Below are positions 37,831 through 51,605 of a DNA stretch of 64,000 nt, piece by piece. Numbering within the stretch: the first letter of the stretch is position 1; every line of letters begins with the position of its first letter. Position numbers and translations under genes: made by a program. The notes under the pieces are model-generated. The model was not told the DNA's origin and searched no databases. It saw only the letters and a list, made by a program, of their open reading frames with translations. This DNA is from Diadema antillarum (Eukaryota). The stretch lies in NCBI RefSeq assembly GCF_040938485.1, contig NW_027271164.1, positions 2,208,064 to 2,272,063 of the forward strand, read 5' to 3'.

Positions 37831-40800
37831 GTACTACAACCAGATAAAGGGAAGTTGTGGTTGGCCCTAGGGTCAATTCATTATTTACATATATAATATA
37901 ATATATTCTTTTTTCTTTCTCTTTTTTTTTAAAGCAGCGGCATGGTGTTTAACCTGCTTGGTCAGGTCAAATAGAGTGAATGACCGAGCCTCTCTTCGTC
38001 TACATGTTACCTTCTCAAGGCTGATGATTGAGCCTCTCTTCGTCTACATGTTACCTTCTCAAGGCTGGTACAATGTCTTCAACAGATATCCCACTCTTCA
38101 TTCTCTCTCCTCCTCTCCTTCCAACCCTCCAGTCCCCTCCTCTCACTCTCCTCCTCTGTAACCTTCTTCCCTTTCTCCTCCTTCCTATCCCTTACTAGTC
38201 ATCCTGTCTCTCCTATCCTCAATACATGCACCTTCAAATCTAAACCAAAGACCTATTATTTATCCAGCAACTTTATGAATGATGTGTGACACATTGTGGG
38301 AGCTGGGCGCCTTTGAATGTTCCTGAAGATAAATGGCGCTATATAAATGTCCTTTCATCATCATTATCATCTCACATTCTTCATCTTCTTCCTTTTTGTC
38401 ACTTCCCTCCTATAACCTTCCTCCTACCACAAGGCAGAAACACAGATACCTACACAATGAAAACATTCCGTCAAGCTTGTTTTCCATACACAATTTCTTA
38501 GCAGAGAAGGATGGCACTTTAAAACTCAAATACAGCTTCATGCTGATTACAATAAAGAACATTTTATTGTCATTCAAAACGTACAACATTGAATTTCCTG
38601 TGATAACATAGCATGAATATGAATGATGGCATCTCGAGAAAGAGAAACAATTTTGATTTCATCTTTCAATACTTGATGAAATGTGTTTGACAGTACATTA
38701 AATCCGTATCGGCTGTGGAAACAAAAGAGACTATAAGTATATTGTACTTATCTTGCACACATTTTGAAAACTTTTCCAGACCATTTTCCTCAGTATCTGA
38801 TGTAAAATCTCAAAGACCCAATCAGGTTGTTGATGTAAAAAGGCCTTAGGTCTGTATCAGGACTTTTGTGGGAATTAGACAAGACTTTAAAAAAAAAATT
38901 AGACAAGAAGATTTCTTGTATTCATATTGCTGTAAAAACACTGAAAAAAAAATACGAACCAAAGCTTACATCTGATGTTTTCCATATTCAACTGCAGCAT
39001 ACTGTTACTATCAGGACTTGCTTCCTGTACGTAATTTCCTCTTCTCCGTTCAGTCATCCCCAGAATGTGAACAAGAAAAGAATGAACACACATTTGTAAC
39101 AAACATCATGGACGATACATGTCATGATGACTGAAGACTCAAAATTAAAGAAAAAAATCCACTGAATTTCAGCAGCACCATGCATGCACATCATGAACAT
39201 GGATGGTAGGTACACTTTTTGAGAAGAGACAAAAATAGCAGCTTTATCCTACATTGCCACAGTGACACATTCATTATGACCCTTGAGTACTGCTACAAGT
39301 TTGTTTGTACTGATAATACTTGGCGGCACTGTGTATACTACAGTTACTTGTACTCCAAACATAGCTGCTGATACATGCAATAAGAAGGAAATATCAATAT
39401 TACAAAGACTTCAATTGTGCATCTAAAACATGGATTCTATCTTACATAGTTTTGAAAACGAGTAGCTCAATGACCTAAATTCAATGGGCACTATAACAAC
39501 CTAGTGAGGAAGATTGATGGTACTTCTCAAGAGTTGGTTGATATGGCAACACTTACCACCGATATGTATTCAAAATATATTTACCATAATGAAGATTAGA
39601 TGTTGCTAGACTTTGGTTTTCAGCCTTGCTGTTTTTCCAAGAGGAAAGAATCGGCTCAAGCACAGCATGGCAGCACGCCTGAATAAAAATGTCTTGTTCA
39701 TGCACAAAGTGTCTCTCCACCGACCCCTGAGTATGCTTTCTTTGTGTTTAGGATGATCCCTGGGTAAATAACCATATTATGATACTTCATCCTTGTACCA
39801 AGACTACTGCACTTGTGAAGGCAACTCTGTGAGGTATCACCCATTATGTATGAAGAATGAAATAAGTAGAGAAGAGACAGAGAAAACCCAAAGAACTGGG
39901 GGGGGGGGGGGGGGGGGGGAGGGGTGTTACAAAAGGAAATGTAAAGAGAATCAAGGGTATTGTACACAAATAAATCAAACATTTATGGGAATATCCCTTC
40001 TCAATCTAAGACTGCAACCATTGCTGACATCTTGTAAACCAGTTAAACCCACTGACAGTGTGACATATACAGTACACATCCTATCCCCACTAAAACACAT
40101 GGCCTCACTGTTTCTTCCATTTCAAATAGTCAACACCTTTTCTGGCACTGCATTTTGTTATATGGCTGTGACATTTGTGCAACTCTGAGAAATCACATAT
40201 TTAGCACAGACCTTGGCACATTAATATTGCTGATTTACAAGAAAGCCCAAATTTAACAATGTTTCTGGAATCACCAATTTGCCCTAGTTATAGTCACTCT
40301 CTCTTGTTCAAGAAAAAGACATTTTTGAAATGTCACATGGGATGAATGGATGGACAAAGTTATATAGTGGTCACATTAAGATTGTGAGATCATCATGTGT
40401 ATCAAGGCATTCATGTCATTAAAAGAATAATGCAAGTGTCTATAAAATTAAATGAAGAAAAAATACTAAGGGCTTAAAATAGGTGTTCTTATTTCCCCTG
40501 AACATTTGTTAAATGTATATAATGTTTACCTATGAAGGTGTACAGCGGTTAATAGGATTTGAACATTAAAAGTGTCCTTGTAAAAAATTCACTATCTAAT
40601 GATACAGTTCAGCAGTTTCTAAAACAAATGACTCTCTACAGGAATGTGAAAGGCCATACCATAACATTCAGTACCACAACCTACACTGACATAAGTGTTT
40701 GACATACTTCTTCCCTACTAGATCATTTTAATTTAGCTACATTCAGCAATCCAGTCTGCAATGCATGTCAAGCAAAATGTTTTAAGCTCTGAAGAAATCC

Positions 40801-42056
40801 AGGCAATAGTGAAACGAGTCTGCAGCTATAACCTCACTACTTGTATACCAAACCAACAAATAAACAAGTGTTGGGGTAGGGTTTATGATAATTGAGAATG
40901 ACCTCACTACAACAGTAATCTTGTTATAGCCATGCTTGCTTAAAGGTGGCTGTTCTGCTGTAGGATAACGCTGCAAAGGTTGGCAACATCTTGTCTAAAA
41001 GTAACTCAAAAGTCAGCTGATTATAATACAATTGAATTGTAGCACCACCTTTCCACTTTGAGGACACTTCACTCTTTACACTTAACAAACAATGAGTGCA
41101 TAACTAGAACAAATAGCATGATGAAGCATTTCATTTGAGACTAGACAGAGAAGAGAACACTGAATTACTGTAGTTATGCTCAAACTGCATTAATGTTAGT
41201 AATCAAACTGACTTTCGAGTATCATTAGAGGGAAAACCTTATAAAGCACGCTCAGGATTATATCATTCCAACAGGCAGCAAAGCTCAGCACTGAATATCA
41301 ACCATGAGCTGGTGAAAGGACCATCAATCATGAGAGAATTCCCTATCATGATATGACAGGATGAAAACAACACTTCCACCTTATTGCAGCATTTCCACAC
41401 TCGGTGCATTGCAAAGCAGTACTATTGCATCTTGTAATCACCTTGTCTACTCCAAAGCCAAACTACAACAACAGCCACTTTGATTCTGCAAGTTTCTCAA
41501 GTTCACTAAGTTCAGTGAAATCATTCATGAAAATAAGCTCGAAACAGAAAAAGTTATGATCATAATTGCTCAAAGACATTTTAACATAACTACAGCAATT
41601 CGACTTCAGCAGGCAGTTGACTTGGATGCCTCCACTTTATCACGTATTTACTATAAAGCCATAAGTACATGGCTCTTCATGGCATTGAGATGGCAAAACA
41701 ACAAATCCATATCCAACCTCATTTCCAGTCACGTGAGTTTGAAGTTTCGCAAACCTACAGCTCTTTTTCTGTTTTCGTTCAACACTTCATATCATACCCT
41801 AGAAGGACCAACAGTAACAGTAATAGAATGCATGTAAATTGATTTCACTAAACCCTTTATTTTTAGAATAATTTGCATTTAATCACGTTTTGCTGTCTCA
41901 ACATAACCACACTATTGCCATTGATACGGCAAAACAATGTAAGTCTCGATCACTGGCACGCGCATAATGTCCTACAACGTAAATACAAAAGTGTATGTGC
42001 GCCCTTCTGCAGCCGCACGAGGCGCGCAGCCTATTACTGCGTAAACACGTAGGTCT

Positions 42057-42553
42057 ATGGCAAAACAATATATCGCATGCAGATACAGTTGAACCTCTAT
42101 TATCCGGCCTCCCTTTATCCGGATCTCTCTATCATCCGGACGCAATCTCGCCGTGATTTTTAAATCTTTTTTTAATAATTACGGGAGGAAAGGGGGATTC
42201 CCAACTCCTTGAGAACTCCTACACAAACACACATGAATTACATATACTTGATACATTTCTTAATAATTATTTAGGTAAATCATCCCAAGAATTTATAAAA
42301 GAAAATGATTTCATTCTTGCAAACACGAACCTCTATTTTGGGGTCTGTTACTGAGTGTAACAATGAAAAGGTTGCAGTATACACACTACTACATGTGGTA
42401 CTACAATGGGCTACATCAGTACATGTGTATATATATGTACATGTATAAAGCATTGAGTCTCCCGTATCCGGCCAAATCCCTTATCTGGATGAGCCCCGGT
42501 CCCGACTTGTCCGGATACGAGAGGTTCAACTGTGCGTTGTTTTGCCAAGTCCA
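42057..42553 (+). mobile_element. MITE of about 500 bp with TIRs GGCAAAACAAT…CAGTTGAACCTCT. It is nested inside a second pair of the same termini (41931 / 42612).
   Basis: The left end ggcaaaacaatatatcgcatgcagatacagttgaacctct is an inverted complement of the right end agaggttcaactgtgcgttgttttgcc. Extra ggcaaaacaatg / cattgttttgcc copies sit at 41931 and 42597. Confidence 0.55.
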
Positions 42554-45069
42554 TGCCCGACGTGTGTTGAGCAGGGGCAAGCGTATCGCTGCTTACATTG
42601 TTTTGCCAACAGAATTTGAACAATTCCCACTAGGAGGGATTGTCACATCTCAGTAACGGGATGGGTTCTGATTTCAAGATCTGGTCAAGAGTTAGATACT
42701 CAAATGCTAAAATAAGTTGAAATATGTGACTACATCAGTTTTCATGAATTTTCGACATACGTTGTTTTGCGATCTCAAGGCTGTTCATTTGCCTTTGAAC
42801 AAAGGTCATCCATCTTGATCACTAACCAAGGATTGACCCTATCTGCACACATGCAATATTTGCCATCCATTATGTCCATAAAACAAAAATCACATATCAC
42901 TGGACTTACAAATAAACAGTTATTGCCAAAGTATTACATCTGTAGCCAAACTTGTGTGATGATCTGCTAGTTATCTATATAGTCAATGCATCTACAACTC
43001 ATGTAGTATACCAAACCAACTTCTCAGGCAATCTACAGAACTGTTCCTCTTGAATCAAAGAAAAGAGACATGGCACAGAGAGACTGACAGACAAGCCACC
43101 CCAAAAACATAATAAATGCCTTCAACACTCTTGGGGCGGGGACATAAAATAGATGCTTAAAAGTATTTACTCATTGTTTATCTCATATTGGCCCCAATCA
43201 TCATAAAATCATACATAACACATGAGCAACAATGCTATCAAATAGGATTTCTTCCAGATTTTTATAATTTTTTTGGGTTAATCTATTGATGCAAAAATTC
43301 TATGAACAGAAAAAGAGAAAAACTCAATAGAATTTCTGACACCTTGTCTGTAGCTCATATACAGACTACAACATTTTCTTCATCTATATCAATGAAGAAA
43401 TGACCTCCTACTGCACTTTTTTTTTTTTTTCAAATGGCACACACACCTTGGTGATGTCTTCATCAACTGGCATAGATAGCCTGGAAACTATTTGTCAATA
43501 AACACATATTACTGCTCCCCCACCCCTATTTTGTGGCCAGAACCTTTCTGTTGGCCTGAGAAACATTGCTACAATTAAATGGGCTCGCTACCTTTACAAC
43601 TAGGTCCATTTTGGACGGATAACTGAGAAATGCTGAAAAAGCTGGGGACGCAAAGGAATAATACATTGTTGGGTAGCATAATAAACTACTACATTGGCAA
43701 TCGGCAGAGTACAAGTATATTTGGAGGTTGAAATTACAATGATTTCCTTTCAATGCATGTGTAATCTGTAAAGAACAATACAGAAGAAGAAATATGTGTT
43801 ACTCAAAAACTTTGCCTGGAACAATTACATGTTTAAGCTTTGAATATTTGAAAGTCATGTATTAGAACTTTAATACCAACCTGTGTCTCGTAAAAGAGCA
43901 AGAGTTCGATAAAGATTGTCCAAACGTGAGAGACGTAACAAAAACAAAAAGACACTCAGTAAGTGTAGAATTCCTGATATTCTCATTTGTCTCACAAATT
44001 TTGCTGGAAAACATGAAGAGTGAATATGCAAAAACTGCCAGCTCTAGTACCAAAAGTCTCCACATTAACAGCTACGCAGCACTCCTATCAAATTCATCAA
44101 ATTATCCCTCTTTTCTCTTTGTTAATGCCCACGTTACTAGCTGCAATTTGATTGCCACTGCTACTGTACAGTCATAATTTACAGCATGTTGACAAATATT
44201 TGTACTACATATGTAAATTTATAATTAAAATCACATATTTACAATGCTCTCTGTTTAAGAGCAAGCAAGTAAAACTGGCAACATACTCCCAGGAGTAAAA
44301 CAACAAAAAACTAACAAAAATAGATTTCAGAAAATCGATGGTGAGACTGCATTGATAAAACCCAAAAAATATCATACAGTCAAATCAAATTTCCAAAGAT
44401 AAACCTTTACTTCCAGCAGCTACATTACTTCCTCCACTAAATATCATTTCCACCGTTGGCTAAATACTGATGATAACATTCTATCAGACATCAGTCTGCA
44501 CAAACTATACTAACTTTAATTGAATTTTTGTTCTTCATTGACACCAGTTTATATCAAAATATAAACCAGTAGACCAAAGATTGAAATCACCAAACTGATC
44601 ACACATTGTATGTTGAAGGGCTGTCTACAGTCAAGCTGTGATACTGATATTGGGAACACACTTGTAACATGAAGTTTATGTAAGAAGACAAGACCAAGTC
44701 TTGAAATCAGAGTTAAGTTTCTACTCAGGGCTCCAAACATGATGCAAACACATTTGTAAGCTTTGGTAAGCAAGTTTGTCACAGTGCCTTGTCATCCACA
44801 GATGTTTGCACTATGAATTCATTTCAATTTCTCCTCTCTGCTATTAAGATCAGCTCGGCAGTACTAGTTCAGAGTATGACTGTCCCTGGAACTCCAAATC
44901 CTCTGTGACTGACAGCTTCCCGTCCACTTGTCATGACAAATCATGTTTCTCACCACTCTACGATAAGTGGCCAACATAGAGTCAGGCTATTTTATTTACG
45001 TATTTCAGATCCAGTAGAAATCACAGACACCTGAAATTGAGTTGCGGCAGTGAGAGCACAGGTAGGACC

Positions 45070-45213
45070 CTACTTCCCATATCGTCGAGTTGTGTAGTTT
45101 CGGATGAAGTAGCCTGGTGTACTCCAGTCACTGGCTGGTGTTGGTGTCTTGTAGTATCGTGAGACAGCGCTGTTATAGATTGGTAGTAGCTCTGATGCCT
45201 CACTGGACAGGAC
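45070..45213 (-). CDS. Pdk: PDK terminal exon: VLSSEASELLPIYNSAVSRYYKTPTPASDWSTPGYFIRNYTTRRYGK*. Stop TAG at about 45070-45072. AATAAA on the - strand near 44989-44994.
   Basis: Matches the PDK C-terminus [34 protein letters not shown]. Acceptor acccatacag|. The ORF track (45070..45261 -) agrees, but my hand count of this stretch disagrees with it by 1 nt. Confidence 0.85.
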   Translation of the reverse strand, partial: VLSSEASELLPIYNSAVSRYYKTPTPASDWSTPGYFIRNYTTRRYGK

Positions 45214-45974
45214 CTGTATGGGTTTGCACACACATAATGGGTCCCTGCTAAGGTATGTCAAGTGAAAATTGTAGCACTTTGCATATTCTGTGTCTGTGTA
45301 TGTTGGTGTGTCCTTGGTGTGGCCATTCGTGTGTGCATTTCATTCATATAAGCCTACAAAACAAACCTTTCACCATTTTTCTCTTCTACTATCTCCTAAT
45401 CAAATTAAATTAATAACAAAATGCTTCTTTCTTTATAAAACGAATCACACAACCACTCACTTTGCCGAGATTAATCACATGGAGCCATTTCAATGAACTT
45501 TGCTTTTTGTATTTATCATTTCATAAACAAGAGTATCTTTGTTCTCAAATGTTTGCATGTAACCATTTCCACAATGGTTCAGGCAAGTGTGAAAAATGAG
45601 AGATTTTTCAAGCTACTAAATATTTCATGTTCACTGTAGATTGTTGCACAGAGTCAGCTCTGTAAGGTCTGATCCCCATTACAACAGTTTTTTTTTTTTT
45701 AATCAAAGTAATCACAAAAACTCCTCTTTCTGTGCATTGACAAGAGTAATGCAAATCGTACCAGAAACTTGTTATATCTTACAGCTTAAAAGCTGTTCAA
45801 TATCAAAGTCATACAGTCATACATAAATTTGTATAACACCACACTAGTCAACATAGACAAACAGATAATCATATAGTTATTGAACCTTCCCTAAATCCAC
45901 AATAAGAACCCTTGGTGAAGGGCGAGAGCCGGCCTCAAAGAATTACTATGAAAATCATACAGCTGCATCCTTAC

Positions 45975-46088
45975 CTTGAGGTAGACCACAGCATCAGTGC
46001 CATAGCCATCCATGGAGGAGAGAGTCAGGTCGCCATGGAAATACTTGGCGTACAGTCTTGAGATGGGCAAGCCATATCCATAGCCAGC
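45975..46088 (-). CDS. Pdk: PDK exon: [38 protein letters not shown], donor |gtaagg
   Basis: Matches [41 protein letters not shown]. Acceptor ctttttccag|. Confidence 0.9.
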
Positions 46089-47361
46089 CTGGAAAAAGAA
46101 GATGATCCATGTCAGTCATTCTCAATATCTACACATGGCCTGGTTCTCAATCCAACTTTAATCTATAAATGTGATGAACAAACATTCCCTGGGAAGATTA
46201 GGAGGGTTTAGTGTCTGTTTGATAATTGTTGTCATTTGGCATTATTTTTCTTTACCAGTTTTAATGGATTTTCAACCTTTCATTGTGTTTAAAATTAGGG
46301 CAGATCTTTTGCTGTCAAGTTATCTGGTCTGTGGACTACTAATGTGATTAAGCCATGATACTGTCTTTACTACATCAACAAATTACAACAGATAACAGCT
46401 AGTTTGTTTGTCTTCCTCTAAGAACCTCTTTAAGACCATAACATTCCAAATACCGTCAAATTCAGCTTCACAAGCATCTCACTAGGCTGCAAGTTGTCTG
46501 TTTAGCTATACCTTCTCAAGTTGTCTGATTGGCTATACCTTCTCAAGTTGTCTGTTTAGCTATACCTTCTCAAGTTGTCTGATTGGCTATGGGTGCAGAA
46601 ATAGCACCAAAAAGCCATTGCCATCAAGTATGATTTCTTTCTTTTTTTCTTCGTTTTTTTAAAGATGATATCAGATTGCGAGGAGTCCAGTATACAAGAC
46701 ATGGCTCACAGCACTGAGTTACAGTTTGTGTCATAGGTTCAATAGTGATAATAATCCTTTAATGTATTCATGTACAGATGTTCTTTATGTCTATGGCACA
46801 TAATCAAGCACATAACTGTTCTGATGTTAGCCCTAAAGGTATCATTTTTCTTTTTCACTGCCTGCTGTAAACACATATAGAGGGACTATTTGATCGTCAT
46901 GTGAGTTGCAACTTTATAATATTCTTAAATACATTTTCATCTCTCTTTCACTCATAAACCATTTTGGCACCTCCAGTCAAATACAGCACGCAGCAGAATG
47001 TGTTGTGCTTTAACAATGAAAATAAGAATACAAAAAAAAAAGCTCAGAATCCTGACTAGGCATGCACTTGAACTACATCTACACATACATTGTATGCTTA
47101 GTGCAATGACACAGAGTGAAGCTAAAGCAACTATAATGGAGCCTATGTGACGTCAGTGGTGGTATTTGCAAACAACAGCAAACCCATTGTGAGAGAAGGC
47201 TACGCCTGAATCAGAGTGAAAAGCAGGCATTGTCATAAATCTTTTTGAATGCCCATCTCTGCCTCTGTTAGTACCAGCTGAAAAGTTCTCAACAGACTAT
47301 GGGCTAGGGCATGCATGTAATGAGATATGACTGGATAGCTGCCAAACTCTGGGTGACTTAC

Positions 47362-47475
47362 CAGGGGAGGGATAGTGCTAACACCAGGCTTAGGGGGAGT
47401 CGGTGCCGTTGAGTACATATAGTTGAAAAGCTTATCAATCTCACTCTTTGGGATTCCACCCCCTTCATCTGTCAC
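47362..47475 (-). CDS. Pdk: PDK exon holding the HATPase_c ATP-lid: [38 protein letters not shown], donor |gtaagt
   Basis: Matches PDK [36 protein letters not shown]. Acceptor ttttggcag|. Confidence 0.9.
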
Positions 47476-47874
47476 CTGCCAAAAACAATGACACATCCAA
47501 AGATTAAACTGTGTTGACTCAAATTTCCTTATAATGAAATGTTTGGCCCTGCATGCAAACAAATTAAAACTTGTTTGTGTACAGTTGTTGCAGGTGCTGT
47601 AGTAATGTTTTGACACAAAAGGTAAGACAAGGATTTGTCTACATCACTAATCTATTCACGTAATCAAAATAACATATAACTTATAAACCTAAAAGTTATC
47701 TATGAAAAAAGATAAGAAACAATCTGAAAGTAGGCAAGTATATACTAGCACAGCACAGTGGAATATTCTCAAAATGTATGTTCCCAACTCACTAAAGTGG
47801 CTAACAAATGCACAGTATGGTCATACATGACAAGTCATTCAAATAAATCATAAGTGAACTTTAAAGGCAATCGG

Positions 47875-48180
47875 TCGTCGCAGGCGATTCGCAGCTCAGT
47901 AGAAAAGCACGACAAGCTGCTCCTCCCGTTATTGTACCCCCGTACGTACCGAATCCCGAACACGACGCTACGCAGCGCACCAGCGAAAACCAGATGGGGC
48001 ACGAGAGCCGTGCGAGCCGTCCACTGTAATTTCAACATGGACGCCCGAATACCTACCGAATGGGGCCGAATGGGTGCACGCACAAAACCGCACAACAGCC
48101 ATGTGCATGAAAATCTCTCCTACGGGTCCCCGTCGCGACACAACAGTAGAGCTGTGTGGTGTACGTACGTACGTATCTGG
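47875..48180. promoter_or_regulatory. CpG-dense island (many CG dinucleotides, e.g. cgtcgcaggcgattcgcag…cgtacgtaccgaatcccgaacacgacgctacgcagcgcaccagcgaaaac) inside the largest Pdk intron
   Basis: Local CpG density is far above the window background. It lies 330 bp upstream of ORF 48515-48943. Confidence 0.4.
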
Positions 48181-48514
48181 CTGCAGTCTCTGTTTATTTG
48201 CACTATGGTGCCAATTTCAGCAATCTAAGCAATAATATTTTAAAATGTCTGAAAATATTATATAACAATATTTTAAATCATTCATATATTACGTTGTTTA
48301 ATATTTGGTATTTATAAATATGCTTTGATGAAGAAATATTAAAACTCTAAACTTCATGTATAGCAAGTTGCAATGCTCATGGCCATATGGCGGGTTGTTT
48401 TGATCTCATTGGCAATTGTCTGCTGCGTCAGCTGTGTTACAGTATGTTGGGCCGGATCGGAACATAACAAAGTTGGTATAAAGTCGTCGGTACCGGTATG
48501 TCAATATCAATAAT

Positions 48515-48940
48515 GTGTGTGGTATGCGTGTACTGTTTCGGATTAGCCTTGGCTTTGGTTTAGTAATGAAACCTCACAATGGAGATCAAAACAGCCGTCC
48601 AACTCGAGTAAAACGTATCTACTTGTTTGACGCTATCGACGAGTGGAGAACGCAGAGAGACGTGTTCTTAGCATGCTTAGGACAGGGAGGTTTCCTCTCA
48701 CCTCCCTGCTTAGGACAAGTAAGAGACCAGTGGCAGAGGGGGAAGCTTCAGCGTCAGCGTGCCGATGAAAAATTTGCTTTCCACTTGCTGGAGTTGCATG
48801 AACAGTTTTGCAGGAATTTAGAATGTGCAAATTCGTGTTACGGCATGCACGGTGGAATTGTAATGCCACGGCTTACGCCAATCAAGCAACCCCAGCTGAC
48901 CAAGTCAACAACTTCAAGGAATCCAGATCCAGATGATGTG
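48515..48940 (+). CDS. Candidate first coding exon of an unannotated gene nested in a Pdk intron. The 142-aa ORF ends exactly at a consensus donor (…gat gat gt|gtaagt). The product is not recognised.
   Basis: A CpG island upstream, an ORF, and a strong GTAAGT donor. It contains an internal direct repeat CLGQ…PCLGQ. No homology could be assigned by eye. Confidence 0.3.
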
Positions 48941-50399
48941 TAAGTAACGTTAGAAGTCTATTACATGAATCAATGATTGAAGTGGAATGACTTTTTCTAA
49001 TCTATCTTTAACTGCTAGGGCCTTTGCGTTTCATCGACAAGTAGGCCTATTTTTCTATGTATGATTCCGCGAAAAACTTCTCTAAGTTCTCATTTATGTC
49101 AAATTATGATAACGCCGTAATCGAAATGACATTTGCTGGGTCAGTTTATCGCTTCTTAAATACTGACCCAGCAGTAGGCAGCAAATGTCATTAGTCAGGG
49201 AATCGCAAGTAGTGGTAAGTTTTTTTGTCATCACAGTATTGAGAATTTAAAGTATTTCATGTGCAAATGTAGAATCTAGATAGATACAGAGAGGTCACTT
49301 TCCTGAGCAGCTAGCGTCAACAATCCAGGTTAAATTTGCATAGCCAGATTTCATGGCTGCGATTCAAATACTGTTTGTCCCCATTGATTTAACTGTATAG
49401 CAAAGTCTCCTCTTTCATCATATTTAGGGGCCCTACATTTTAAGTTTGGTTAAGGAATTTTGATAAAGATTGTAATTTTCATAAGCTTGGCAAAAGTTTC
49501 AGGCATCTATGTTGCATTTAAATTATAGTCAAACTTCCAATGCATTTGGTCCAATAATTTGAAACCAAATTCAAGTGATCCAGTGAAGTGTACATCTTTT
49601 CATGTGAATTTCTACAAGTATGTTGAAATGTAAATTCTGAAGAAAAAAAAAATGATCCTTTACAGTTGAAATTCGTTAAAGTTTGGTTACACCGACAGTG
49701 TCAGGTCAGTGGTAGTAACTACAGAGTTACAGTAGTGTACGTACAATACCCTTGTACGTGAAAGTTACAGTTTTATTTACCTTCACATCTTCATATAGGA
49801 GTGTCTAATAGGGATGTTGATTGGTGTGGAAGTTGTTGATGAACAACAGTTCATAAGAATCCATTGTTTTAATTCTAATACAGATATTGGTCATAGGTCA
49901 AGGGGCAATATGAACCTATCAGTTTGTAACATGCTAATATGTACAGGTATGAGCTTCATCAAGTACGATTAATTGGTATCCGTGGCACATCCCTTATTTG
50001 TTGATCAAAGGTACGCCTCTGATTGGTATTTTAATCAGTGTTTGGTAGAAAGCTAACCCATTACAATGGCTTTGCGATGTTACACTGAGTTGACTATGGA
50101 CAAAGGTCTACTGTCCGCGATTTTCATTAATTTGTAGGGCATTTTTCACACATAACCTCAAATACTGATACCTGTGATAGGTTTATTTATAATGGTTATC
50201 CTTCACACTGTATTGTTGAGACAATAGTGTTCTGTTTGTTTGTGTAAGAGGGAGATAGACAATAATTTCTTTATGCTCCTGTCTGAAGAAGGCATTACAT
50301 CTTATTTGTCATGTACTTATCTATGAGTTTTAATGTTCACTTTGTGTGTGTGTGTGTCTTTTTTTTAAAGATTATTCACACCAGGCTAAGCTGACAGAA

Positions 50400-51060
50400 C
50401 TATAACTGTGAGTTTACCTAGTCAAATGAAAGGGTTTCGGCATTGCTTCTTACATATAGTATATTCCAGGCAGGTGATACAACGCTCACCTTCTTCATAT
50501 TAGTTAGTAAAACAATGAAGAGTGCAAAAATACTGCATAAATGTGCAGTGCAACTGTGGCCGTTGGCCGTTGGCCCTGCACGGGCACAGTCGCTTCCCCG
50601 TCCTGAAGTTATGTACACACGCCAGGGCAAGTACATGATACAGGCAGGGTCTCCGACCCAATCGTCCGCGTTCAGAATAGACAACTCGGCGGTAATATCC
50701 GCTACCCATGACGATGTGTCATCGTCCATGATGGCCACCCTATCTATTATAATGTGGTCTGCACTCACTAATCTGATCTGATCTGATGATTACAGTATAG
50801 TTGACGAGTGACGACGATCGACGATGCGATGAAGAGAAGGCGTAGTCGTACGAAGTATACGCAGCTAGCTACTAGCTCATGCGAACATCACTCACATTAC
50901 ACAAAACGTACTGTCCCGCGCTCAGCAAGCGATCGCGAGCAATCGAGATACTATAGCGCGATACATTGCTTTAGGGATGTCTTGCGCACACACACATTTC
51001 GCTTCGTAGCAACTTCGGAAGCGAGTTTACGTGCTGCCGCCCGCGGCTGAAATATGTCCA
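50400..51060. promoter_or_regulatory. Second CpG-dense block (acgacgatcgacgatgcgatg…gcgatcgcgagcaatcgag…) carrying overlapping ORFs on both strands (50418-50768 -, 50443-50781 +, 50808-51050 +)
   Basis: CpG density is visible in the sequence. The ORFs are unrecognised. Confidence 0.3.
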
Positions 51061-51503
51061 TGTATCCTCGCGACTGGGTGTCTTTAATACATGAATGATT
51101 CACTTTCAATATGATATGGAACACTGTACTTTCTTAGAATAGCCCTAAAATGACCACAGATAGGTTCTCCCACCTCTGTATCTCATTGAAGAAGTAATCT
51201 GCATAGTGGAGGAATGGCTATACAGATCTCAGGATCATAATCACAAAAGATGTGGAGTGGTTGTATAAGAATTGTTTTTTTAATATGTGCAAGAAAGAGT
51301 TAAGGCAAGACTGACAGACATACACTGTATAAAACTGTGTGCTTCACATTTTGATTTTATGTTTTTAAGAGCCTGTAAAATCATATCATATAATTCAACT
51401 TTTGCAACACATGACTGTAGTCAATAAAACCACTTCCACTAAAGTGTACATACACTTCCATGTATAAACTCTGATAATGTTTTGGGGGTTTTTTTCTACA
51501 TAC

Positions 51504-51605
51504 CTTGATAGTGACGTCTTCCTTGCCTTTTGTCACCAGTATTCTGATAGCTGGATACTCACTGGCTGATGTGCCTCTGTGCTCCATCACTGCACGCATA
51601 GCATT
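51504..51605 (-). CDS. Pdk: PDK exon: NAMRAVMEHRGTSASEYPAIRILVTKGKEDVTIK, donor |gtatgt
   Basis: Matches PDK [33 protein letters not shown]. Acceptor gtcttccag|. Confidence 0.9.

Noticed and set aside
37478-37896. 125-132-aa ORFs on both strands (poly-Ile and poly-Leu)
   Set aside because: Translation of an (ATT/ATC)n microsatellite.
45069-45072. Exact position of the Pdk stop codon
   Set aside because: My hand count of the text puts TAG at 45069-45071. The supplied ORF track implies 45070-45072, so I appear to have read one extra base near 45180. I kept the track-consistent coordinates and flagged a ±1 nt uncertainty.
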